Source: an uncultured delta proteobacterium | GTDB taxonomy: Bacteria > Myxococcota_A > Polyangia > Fen-1088 | Assembly: GCA_963755125.1 (NCBI GenBank) | Contig: CAVWIP010000010.1 | Coordinates: forward strand, 256,001 to 320,000 | Length of the DNA stretch: 64,000 bases | Direction of reading: 5' to 3' | Shown: positions 50,021 through 58,457 of the stretch, in pieces | Position numbering within the stretch: the first letter of the stretch is position 1 | Layout of the letters: each line of letters opens with the position of its first letter | The notes under the pieces: model-generated | Database searches by the model: none | Told to the model about the DNA's origin: nothing | Seen by the model: only the letters and a program-made list of their open reading frames with translations | Program-made: the position numbers and the translations under genes

Positions 50021-51048
50021 GTCGATTCTCCCGTGCTTGTTGGCAGCTGCTCGGGCGGGGCGTGCAAGGTTCCCAGCGACAGGCTGCCTGCCCGCCGAAC
50101 ATCACCCGCATCGTACAGCCTGGGGTCGAAGGCACCGACCAGCAGCAGGGCCAGGGTCAGTCCAGTCGCCCCGGCGATGGCGGCCTTGTTGCGCAGCCAT
50201 TGCAGTTCGCGGTTCGGCCTCCCAGTCTCGGCCTGCACGCTGGCCAGGTGAACGCGCGTGCCGGCCTGCTTCTCTTCCGCGGCCGCGGTCAGGTCCATCT
50301 GCACGTGCTCCTGCTCAAGCTTGCTGCGCCGAGCTTCGACTTTGGCCAACCAGGCACGCAGAAAGGCTATCTTCACCCTCTGCGCGGGCAAGATCTTGCC
50401 AGGCGCCTCCGCGGCGGCGGCCTCCATCGCCGCCAGCTCGCCCTGGGTTCGACTGGCCTCTTCGCGAGCCTCGGCCACCGCGGCGCTGGCAAGACCCGCC
50501 TGCTGGCGTGCCTTTTCGGTGTGGCGGCCCAGTTCGGCCCTGGCCACCAGCAAACCGAGATCGCGCACCACAACCGCGGCCTGGTCCGGGTCATCGTCGC
50601 TGAACGTGATCACGATGCGGGCCGAACGCGAAGGCGCGCGTTCCAGGCGATCCTCGGCCAGGTAGTTCTGCAGGATATCGACCTCGATGCTCTTGCGCAT
50701 CTCTTCCAGCGCCAGCACCGGGCTACGCGCGGCTGCCCGACGAAAAAGTCCGTGTTTGTCCATCACCTCCTGCAACCCCGACGAGGTGAAGGCGACGTTC
50801 TCGACGAAGCCGCGCAGATCCGCGCGCGAAACTCGGGCTCGATCCGTCGACAGGGCACTCTCACGCAGCAGCAACTCGGCCCGAGCAGCGAATACCGGCG
50901 GCTGGCGCAACTGCAGGCCAAACAGCGCAGCCGCCGCCAGCAGAGCCGAGGCCGAGGTCACAAGCGGGCGCCGACCAGCCCGCCGCACCAGGCGCAGCGT
51001 CTCGACGATCCACTCGTGCCCCGCAGGCTCGTCCCCTTCCCAGCCCAT
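50017..51048 (-). CDS. Second, shorter Wzz-like co-polymerase
   Basis: TM, PVFAARAELL, ITFSDDDPDQA, coiled coil, TM, FDPRLYD. Confidence 0.75.
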   Translation of the reverse strand: MGWEGDEPAGHEWIVETLRLVRRAGRRPLVTSASALLAAAALFGLQLRQPPVFAARAELLLRESALSTDRARVSRADLRGFVENVAFTSSGLQEVMDKHGLFRRAAARSPVLALEEMRKSIEVDILQNYLAEDRLERAPSRSARIVITFSDDDPDQAAVVVRDLGLLVARAELGRHTEKARQQAGLASAAVAEAREEASRTQGELAAMEAAAAEAPGKILPAQRVKIAFLRAWLAKVEARRSKLEQEHVQMDLTAAAEEKQAGTRVHLASVQAETGRPNRELQWLRNKAAIAGATGLTLALLLVGAFDPRLYDAGDVRRAGSLSLGTLHAPPEQLPTSTGEST

Positions 51049-51054
51049 GCGGCC

Positions 51055-51354
51055 TCACGCAAGCAGAACCCGATCCAGGCGCAGGAGCTTGAAGATCGAC
51101 AACGGCTGATCGCGCAGACCCTGGACCGTCACCACGCCGCCATATTCCTTGGCCTTCTTGTACAGGAACACCAGCGCCCCCACGCCCGAGCTGTCGATGA
51201 GCCGCAGACGCGAAAGATCGACGACGATGCGCGGGTGATGTTCGGCGATCAGGGCGTCTATGGTCGGCCGAACATCGGGAATACTGACTGCATCCAGCTC
51301 GCCCTCGATGCGAAGCGTGGCAACGCCATCCGCCCTATCGGTTGAGAAGTCCAT
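51055..51354 (-). CDS. STAS anti-anti-sigma factor protein
   Basis: GELD, VDLSRLRLIDSSGVGALV with the phospho-acceptor Ser; AGAGG RBS. Confidence 0.9.
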   Translation of the reverse strand: MDFSTDRADGVATLRIEGELDAVSIPDVRPTIDALIAEHHPRIVVDLSRLRLIDSSGVGALVFLYKKAKEYGGVVTVQGLRDQPLSIFKLLRLDRVLLA

Positions 51355-51943
51355 TTTTAGTCCTCTTACCTGAAACCCTCGGTAACTCCGACGGGCATTC
51401 ACGAATCCTCTTGCTCAAGCTCAAGACGTTGGGACGGCCCTGCTGGTAAGTCACCTCATCCATCAAAGACCGTATTATGAAGATGCCAAGCCCCGACTCT
51501 GGTAGCGCCTCCAGATCGGGTACGCGAGCCGTGTGCGGGTCAAACCCGGCCCCGTAGTCTTCCATGATCAGATGCAACACAGTGGGTTCTATCGTCATGC
51601 GCAACCGCACGATGTCCGACGGTCGACCGCGGTACGAGTGCAGCGCGATGTTGTTGAAAGCCTCGCCCACCGCGGACACAACCTGATGGGAAAACCCATC
51701 GGCCGGCGCACGACGGCCGCACGCCCGGGTGATGGCGAGCTTGCAGACCGCTGCGGCGGCACGGAGGATCACATGGCGATAGGCAATCTCGCCCGGCGCC
51801 TCCACGCAAACAGTTGCCCCGAGGAGCACGGTCACAATGTTACCACGCATTAGGTCCACAACAACTTGCATGAGGGCTTGCTGCTCTGGCGAGTCGTTTC
51901 CCGCGTCAGCCTGAGACATCATCATGGCGACCTTATCTGACAT
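51335..51943 (-). CDS. RsbW/SpoIIAB-like anti-sigma factor serine kinase (HATPase_c_2)
   Basis: AVGEAFNNIALHSY, DYGAGFDP, ESGLGIFIIRSLMDEVTY. Confidence 0.88.
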   Translation of the reverse strand: MSDKVAMMMSQADAGNDSPEQQALMQVVVDLMRGNIVTVLLGATVCVEAPGEIAYRHVILRAAAAVCKLAITRACGRRAPADGFSHQVVSAVGEAFNNIALHSYRGRPSDIVRLRMTIEPTVLHLIMEDYGAGFDPHTARVPDLEALPESGLGIFIIRSLMDEVTYQQGRPNVLSLSKRIRECPSELPRVSGKRTKNGLLNR

Positions 51944-52247
51944 TACACACCTGGAACAACCCGTGGCAAGATTTGGCGTCCAGTCCTGCCCCTGTCGCCG
52001 CCATCAGCCGAGAAGATGCGCGACATGAGGGCTCCCAGCGCTGAGCCGAGAATGAACCCGGCCACGCACGAACCGTCGGCTGGTATTTCCCCGGTGCTGC
52101 CGCCCTTGTGCCAGAGTCCGTCGGTGCCCACCTTGTTGCTGCGGAAATAGACGGTGATGTTCGGCTTGCCCGTCTCCGATCCGAGGCGGGTCGGATCGTG
52201 GATGAGCTTCATCGCCGGGTCGATGCCGGCAGCGCAGGCGGCGCCGT

Positions 52248-53249
52248 TCACGCCGTGTGGGTAAACACGGCCCGGTAGCGGACCTGGCCTGCCTCGAGGC
52301 GTGCCCGCACCTCGTTGACCTGCACCAGCGGATAGACTTCGATCACGGGTTTGACCTTGCCCGACGCGACCAGTTCCAAGGCCTCGACCAGATCGCGCCT
52401 TTCGTCCTGACTCGAACCACGAAGCTGGCGTTGCCCCATCATCAATAGGATGGGGTCAATGGCGATGGGACCGTTGGCCACGCCCATGTTGACCATGCGC
52501 CCGTTTTCGCGTAGGCCGCCGAAGGCCGAGGCGATCTGCACGGCTGAATTGGTAGTCGAGAGAATCACGTCGAAACCACCGGCGTCGCGCATGGCGGTCC
52601 CCGGCTCTTTGCCCCCCACCAGTACCTCGTGGGCGCCCATGGACTTCAGTTCAGCCACCTTGTTGGCTTGGCCCGTGATGGCCCAGGTTTCCAGGCCCAC
52701 GGCGCGCGCGAGTTGCAGCGCCAAATGCCCCAGTCCTCCCAGCCCGAGCACAGCCACGCGTTCACCCGGTTTGGGGTCCGCATTGCGCAGCCCGCTCATG
52801 ACCGTGTAGCCCGCACAAAAGATCGGTGCCGCTGCCTCGTACGCGAGGCCCTCGGGCAGCAGCGCACAACCCGAAGCCCAGGCCAGCATGAGCTCAGAAT
52901 TTCCGCCGCCGAGGTGCATCCACGACTGCGCCTTGGCGCAGGCATACTGGTTGCCTGACTGGCAGGTGCGACAACGGCCGCAGCCCTTCTGGTTCCAGTG
53001 CACGCCCACGCGATCGCCCACGCGCAGATCGGTGACACCCGCGCCCAGCTCGACGATCTCGCCCACTGGCTCGTGCCCCGCCACAATGGGCGGCGTGAGG
53101 CCAAAGTGCCCGTGATGGACGTGCAGATCAGTGCCACACATGCCACTCGCGTGGATCTTGATGACGACCTGGCCAGGCTGGGGCCGAGGATCAGGAAGCG
53201 TCTTCAGTTCCCAGGGTTGGTTGATTTGGGTGATGACGGCTGCACGCAT
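52248..53249 (-). CDS. Zinc-dependent alcohol dehydrogenase
   Basis: [31 protein letters not shown]. Confidence 0.92.
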   Translation of the reverse strand: MRAAVITQINQPWELKTLPDPRPQPGQVVIKIHASGMCGTDLHVHHGHFGLTPPIVAGHEPVGEIVELGAGVTDLRVGDRVGVHWNQKGCGRCRTCQSGNQYACAKAQSWMHLGGGNSELMLAWASGCALLPEGLAYEAAAPIFCAGYTVMSGLRNADPKPGERVAVLGLGGLGHLALQLARAVGLETWAITGQANKVAELKSMGAHEVLVGGKEPGTAMRDAGGFDVILSTTNSAVQIASAFGGLRENGRMVNMGVANGPIAIDPILLMMGQRQLRGSSQDERRDLVEALELVASGKVKPVIEVYPLVQVNEVRARLEAGQVRYRAVFTHTA

Positions 53250-53319
53250 GGTGAGTTCCTCCTTGAAGCGATTAGATGAGGGCGGGAGGTTCTAGTTCCG
53301 CGAGAGAGCCTATCATGAC

Positions 53320-54054
53320 CTAGATCGTCATTTGATAGGCCAGGTAGCCCTGGAAAACAGTGTTGCCTACGATGCTTCGGCCCGCCGAGAAAAGCAGATG
53401 GTGGTGCTCGGTGAAGTCGACAACGAGCCCGAGGTTGAAGCGCAGGTTGGCACTGCCGCCGACCTGGTCAGGGGTGGTGTAGAAGATTTCGGTGCCGAGC
53501 GTGGCGAGCTGCGAGAGGCGACGCTGGAGCAGCCAACCGAAGTACCCGTAGTTGCGGTTTCCCTTTCCCGGGTCCACCCACAAGCCCCCGCCGCCATAGC
53601 TGGTCCAGGGACCAAAGCTCTTCTGCAGCCAGAGAGGAATGAGGACGTGCAGGTGCCCGGTCCCGAGCCCGCGGGCTGCGTCGCCGGTCGGCAGCTCGAA
53701 CATAGGGAAGGTGCCCACCATTGGTCGCCACGGGCCCTCGTCGACGAAACGCACCTTGGCGCCCAGTTCAATGTCGCCCACCCCATAGAACGTGGGACCG
53801 CCGCTCGCCCGCGCATACACCAGAGGCGCGAGCAAGTGAAGCTGCAGCCCGGGCCAGGCGCCATAGTTCACCTCGACGTGGGGCGCGGTTCCCGTCGCGA
53901 AATCGCGAGCGATGAAATGCTGGCTTGCCAGATAGAACTCCCAATGGCGGAACTCCACCGGCTCGGGATCGTCCGTTACGTAGGGTGGGCCCGCGTGTCC
54001 GGTTGCCGGCGCAAACACAATGGCCAGCACCGCAATTGACCGTCGCAAGGTCAT
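53320..54054 (-). CDS. Outer-membrane beta-barrel 'transporter' family protein
   Basis: Signal peptide, GPPYVTDD, GVGDIELGAK, LPTGD; amphipathic strands ending YLAYQMTI. Confidence 0.78.
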   Translation of the reverse strand: MTLRRSIAVLAIVFAPATGHAGPPYVTDDPEPVEFRHWEFYLASQHFIARDFATGTAPHVEVNYGAWPGLQLHLLAPLVYARASGGPTFYGVGDIELGAKVRFVDEGPWRPMVGTFPMFELPTGDAARGLGTGHLHVLIPLWLQKSFGPWTSYGGGGLWVDPGKGNRNYGYFGWLLQRRLSQLATLGTEIFYTTPDQVGGSANLRFNLGLVVDFTEHHHLLFSAGRSIVGNTVFQGYLAYQMTI

Positions 54055-54083
54055 CGCAGCCACCATTGTCCACCCTGACGATG

Positions 54084-54350
54084 TCAGCTACGGAAGAACC
54101 GCAGGGGCAGGCTTTCCTGCGCCAGCGCTTGCGGGGTCTGCTCGAAGGAACGGACGCCAAATTTCGCCAGGCGGTACAGGAACTCCACTCGCCCATTTCC
54201 CGTCGACTCGGACACCGGGCTTGAGGACAACCGCCGCAACGCGTATAGTTCCATGGTGGCGACGAGATTTAGACCGGGCAGTGGATCGTCGCTGGCCTGT
54301 GCGTCCAGCACTTCGATGGCAGTATCCTGGAAATCGACCGTGACCCTCAT
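54084..54350 (-). CDS. Small hypothetical protein
   Basis: 88-aa ORF filling the gap in the same orientation as its neighbours; no recognised motif. Confidence 0.35.
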   Translation of the reverse strand: MRVTVDFQDTAIEVLDAQASDDPLPGLNLVATMELYALRRLSSSPVSESTGNGRVEFLYRLAKFGVRSFEQTPQALAQESLPLRFFRS

Positions 54351-54365
54351 GGATCTACTTTTCTT

Positions 54366-55633
54366 CTAAGATGCCGAAGACGGGGGTTTCGGTTCTGGGT
54401 CCGCGATGCTTTTCGCCGGATGGTGCGCCCGGCCGACCTCTTGATAATAGGCCTCGATGGATCGGGGCATGTCGCGGTGGATGACGAAACGGACGTTGGA
54501 CTTGTCGATGCCCATGCCGAACGCGATGGTGGCCACCACCACATCGGCGTCGTCGCAACGAAAGGCGTCTTGCACGCGCGTGCGCTCGCGCGGTTCCATG
54601 CCTGCGTGATAGGCCAGGGCGCGCACGCCGTGTTCGCGCAGGTAGTCCGCGGTCTGTTCGGTGGATCGCCGGGACAGGCAGTACACGATGCCGCTCTGGT
54701 CGCGACGACTGCGCACCAGGCGCGCGATGCGGTCGCGCACGCGGGGGCCGTCGTCGCCCTTGCGATACGCCGACCGATGTAGGTTGGCCCGGAAGAAACT
54801 GCCGCGAAAGGTGGCGGGCGCGCGCATGCCAAGCTGCTCGCCGATGTCGCGCACCACCTCGGCAGTGGCGGTGGCGGTCAGGGCACCGGGGGATTGCCCA
54901 GGCGGGCCTTAAGCCCGGACAGGTTGCGATAAGCGGGACGGAAATCGTGCCCCCACTGGCTGATGCAATGGGCTTCGTCCACGGCGAGCAGGCGCGGACG
55001 TACGCGCCCCATCAGCGGACCGAGCGACGCTTCCAGACCCTCGGGCGCGGCATAGACCAATTCGAATTCGCCGCGCAGAACCGCGGCCACGCGCCGGCCG
55101 CGCTCGTCGGGCTCCAGGCTGGAATTGAGAAAAGTCGCGCGCAGCCCCACCTCTGACAGGGAATCGACCTGATCCTTCATGAGGGCAATCAGCGGCGAGA
55201 TGACCAGGGTGGTGCCGCCGAGAAGCCGCGCCGGAATCTGGAAGGTGATCGACTTGCCAGCGCCGGTGGGCATGACGCCCACGCAATCGCGGCCGTCGAG
55301 AACGGTGGAAATGATCGCCTCCTGGCCGGGCCGGAACGAGGGATAGCCGAAGACCTCGCGCAAGACCTTGCGCGCCCGCGCCAGGTCGGCGCCGGGCTGC
55401 TGGTTCTTGAGGCTGACCGCGATGGCACGCAGGGTTTCCACTTCTCTGTTGGAAAACAAGTCGGGGCGCACCCGCCATCCTGCGCGCAGTCGATCGAGGT
55501 CCGCGTGACAGGCCGCGCGTGCCCGCTCGCCACGCTCGACACACACGCGCAAGGCCGCGACGGCATCGAGTACATCGTCGCGCGTGACTAGGTCCGCGGA
55601 GAAATCGTCAATCAAGCCAGGCCGACGCAGCAC
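54366..55633 (-). pseudogene. recQ: RecQ helicase pseudogene (frameshift plus 3' truncation)
   Basis: [28 protein letters not shown] in one frame stopping at 54878; LTATAT, GIVYC, YHAGM, ATIAFGMGIDK, YYQEVGRA in another frame; ends without GRDG, Zn-binding, RQC or HRDC. Confidence 0.88.
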
Positions 55634-55920
55634 TTGCCGATCGATTGCGCACCTTCAGGGTGTGCCTGCCACCGCCTGAGGCTACGGCAGATGGCAAGAC
55701 AAATCCACCAGGGAAGATCCGCGTCCTTGCCTTTCATGAGTCTCAACCCGAAGGCAGCGGATCGACCCGAGCAGTCGTCCCCAGGGGGAGCGAGCCATGC
55801 AACGACTGTAGCGCAGGACGTGCGAGGAGCGAAGCAGGCGTGCTCGTGGCGAGGCGTTCCTCTCACTCGCTCAGGCCTGAGACGCGGCCCGCGCCCGCGG
55901 TAGCCCTAGAGGGCACACGA

Positions 55921-57102
55921 TCATCGCAGCCACCACCTTCCAACGCCGATGACGGCGCCCGCGAGGACCAGCCACGCCGAGTTGACCTGGAATCGCAGCA
56001 AGAGCAGCGTGGCCAGCACCGCAAGCGACACAGTGGCGACGTCAACCATCGCGCTGCGTCCGAGGTACCACGTGACCGTTAGCATGAGCGCAAGCGCGGC
56101 GACGTTGACTCCGTCGAGAAACGCCCCCGCCGCGCGCGAACGTCGCAGGCGCGGCACCAGACGACTGCTCAGCGCCACGAACACGAATGACGGAAGGAAG
56201 ATCCCGAGAGTGGCGACGATCGCACCCGAGCCACCGTGGAGTAGGTAGCCGATGAAGGTTGCGGTGGTGAAAACCGGGCCCGGGGTGACCTGGCCGACCG
56301 CGATTGCGTCCAGTAGTTGGGATTCGGTGAGCCAGTGCCAGTGCTCCACCAGATCGCCGTGCAGAAAAGCCAACAAGACGTAGCCGCTTCCGTAAAGCAC
56401 CGCGCCCACCTTGAGGAAGACCAGAAACAGCCCCGCCAGGCTCACCGGGGCCGCCACGCCGGCAGCCGCCGCGGACGCTGGACCGAAGAAGGCGATGCCT
56501 GGGCCGAAGATGCCCCGCAGGTTTTGCTTAGCTGTTTTCGAAGCCACGCTCGCCGCCACGGCCAGCAGTCCGGCGCCGAACAGAACCACCAGCGGGTTGA
56601 GCCCCGCGAAGCTGGCAACCACCGCGAGCACAGCGAGAGCCGCCAGCATCCACGACTTTGTGGCAGCCCGTCCCAGCCCCCAGAGCGCCTGCACCACGAT
56701 CGCGATGATGATGGGCTTGACCCCGTAGAGCAGCGCCGATACCTGCGGCAGGGAGCCAAATCGGACGTAGGCCCAGGCGAACGCGACGGCAATCAGTGCG
56801 GCGGGCAGGATGAAGCATGCGCCACCCAAGATCAGCCCAAGCCAGCCAGCGCGCCGGTAGCCAATGAAGATCGCCATCTCCGTGGAGTTGGGGCCGGGGA
56901 TCAAGTTCGTCGCGCCCAGCAGGTCGAGGAACTGCTCTCGCGTGAGCCAACCACGCCGACGAACGACCTCCTCCTCCATCATCGCAATGTGGGCCGCCGG
57001 CCCGCCGAACGCCGTGAAACCTAGGCGTAGAAAGAACAGCACTACTTCGCGAAGCGCGCGAGGCGCCCGTGAGCCGGGCTGGTTCGACGTCCCTTCAGTC
57101 AC
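55921..57102 (-). CDS. chrA: Chromate efflux transporter (long-chain CHR family)
   Basis: FGGPAAH, LIPGPNSTE, YGSGYV, GQVTPGPV; GTG start overlapping the doxX stop. Confidence 0.92.
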   Translation of the reverse strand: MTEGTSNQPGSRAPRALREVVLFFLRLGFTAFGGPAAHIAMMEEEVVRRRGWLTREQFLDLLGATNLIPGPNSTEMAIFIGYRRAGWLGLILGGACFILPAALIAVAFAWAYVRFGSLPQVSALLYGVKPIIIAIVVQALWGLGRAATKSWMLAALAVLAVVASFAGLNPLVVLFGAGLLAVAASVASKTAKQNLRGIFGPGIAFFGPASAAAAGVAAPVSLAGLFLVFLKVGAVLYGSGYVLLAFLHGDLVEHWHWLTESQLLDAIAVGQVTPGPVFTTATFIGYLLHGGSGAIVATLGIFLPSFVFVALSSRLVPRLRRSRAAGAFLDGVNVAALALMLTVTWYLGRSAMVDVATVSLAVLATLLLLRFQVNSAWLVLAGAVIGVGRWWLR

Positions 57103-57556
57103 GCCTGGCCCGCCGTGCGGCAAACCACGCGTCGATCGACCAGGCCCCGCCGCCCACCATGAAAAGAAAAAGCGAACCCAGAAGCATCGACCAGTCGGTT
57201 CGCGCCTCGTGCGCCATGCTCCAGAACCCACCTTTCCACAGCATCGGGATCTTGGTGGTCGCGATGGCAACCAACATGTCGATGATGAGGGGGATGGCGG
57301 CGAGCCGGGTGCCCAGACCAACCAGAATCAGCAAACCGCAGCCGCTCTCGAAGACCCCATCGAAAGGCGCACTGAACCCCGGCCAGGGGATGCCGATCTT
57401 GGCGAAGCGACCAACCCCAAGCGTGGCCGGAAACAGGAACTTCTGGACGCCCTCGGAGAGAAAAACCGCACCCACGATGAGGCGCACCAGCACCGCCGCA
57501 GCCGGCGCGTTTGTCACCAGAACCCTCGCCACCAGATTCCTGCCCCAATTCCTCAT
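57095..57556 (-). CDS. DoxX family membrane protein
   Basis: RLIVGAVFLSEGVQKF, GLGTRLAA, GGGAWSID. Confidence 0.88.
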   Translation of the reverse strand: MRNWGRNLVARVLVTNAPAAAVLVRLIVGAVFLSEGVQKFLFPATLGVGRFAKIGIPWPGFSAPFDGVFESGCGLLILVGLGTRLAAIPLIIDMLVAIATTKIPMLWKGGFWSMAHEARTDWSMLLGSLFLFMVGGGAWSIDAWFAARRARRD

Positions 57557-57651
57557 GGCTCCACTTGTTCCTATCAGGTGCGATTTGGTCGCGCAACCAA
57601 CTTGGGAAACCCCGGGAGCATCTGGATCTGAGTGAGTGCTAGGATTGCACC

Positions 57652-58437
57652 ATGGGCGACGAATTTCTCTATCGCGACGTTCCCGTTCTCGGCAAACGCG
57701 TCCATCGCTATGGCCTGTCCGCATCCTATGGCCTGGACGAGGCCGGGATGCGCGAGGGGCTTGAACGCGGGTCCAACTACATCTTCTGGAGCCCGGCGAA
57801 GAAATTTCTCAATACCATCATCAAGGACGTAGTCGCGCCCAACCGCGAGCATTACGTCCTGGCCACTGGCCCCATTCTCGGATATTTCGCAGGCTCCGTC
57901 CGCCGCGCCACTGAAAAGGCCCTGCGCGCGAGCGGCAGCGACTACATCGACGTGCCGCAGGTGTTCTGGGTCAACCGCATGTCGCTGCTTTCGAAATCGG
58001 TGCTGGCCGAGATGGTGAAACTGCGCGACGAGGGCAAGGTTCGCGCCATCGGGATCTCCACTCACGACCGCAAACTGGTCGGCCGGCTCGCCGAGGAAGG
58101 CCCGCTTTCCATGTTCATGGTGCGCTACAACGCCGCCCACCCGGGTGCCGAGGTCGACATCTTCCCGCACCTCGAACGCCGCAAACCCATGATCGTCGCG
58201 TACACAGCGACTTCCTGGCGCAAGCTGCTGCGCGCGCCCAAGGGTTGGACCGGCAAGGTGGCCACCGCCGGCGACTGCTACCGGTTCTGTCTGACCAATC
58301 AGCACGTGGACGTTGTCTTGTCAGCGCCCAAGACCGCCGCGCAAGTCCGCGAAAACTTGGCCGCGCTGGAGAAAGGCCCGCTTTCCGACGACGAGAGGAC
58401 CTGGATGCGCGATCTCGGCCGCGCCGTGCACGGGTAA
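57652..58437 (+). CDS. Aldo/keto reductase-fold protein (short, catalytic tetrad not evident)
   Basis: SDYID, EGKVRAIGISTH, MVRYN, VDVVL, ENLAAL. Confidence 0.78.
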   Translation: MGDEFLYRDVPVLGKRVHRYGLSASYGLDEAGMREGLERGSNYIFWSPAKKFLNTIIKDVVAPNREHYVLATGPILGYFAGSVRRATEKALRASGSDYIDVPQVFWVNRMSLLSKSVLAEMVKLRDEGKVRAIGISTHDRKLVGRLAEEGPLSMFMVRYNAAHPGAEVDIFPHLERRKPMIVAYTATSWRKLLRAPKGWTGKVATAGDCYRFCLTNQHVDVVLSAPKTAAQVRENLAALEKGPLSDDERTWMRDLGRAVHG

Positions 58438-58457
58438 ATCGAGGGCGACCATGTCAC

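Noticed and set aside
55640..55915. Riboswitch or sRNA between chrA and recQ
   Set aside because: No recognisable aptamer consensus or terminator by eye.
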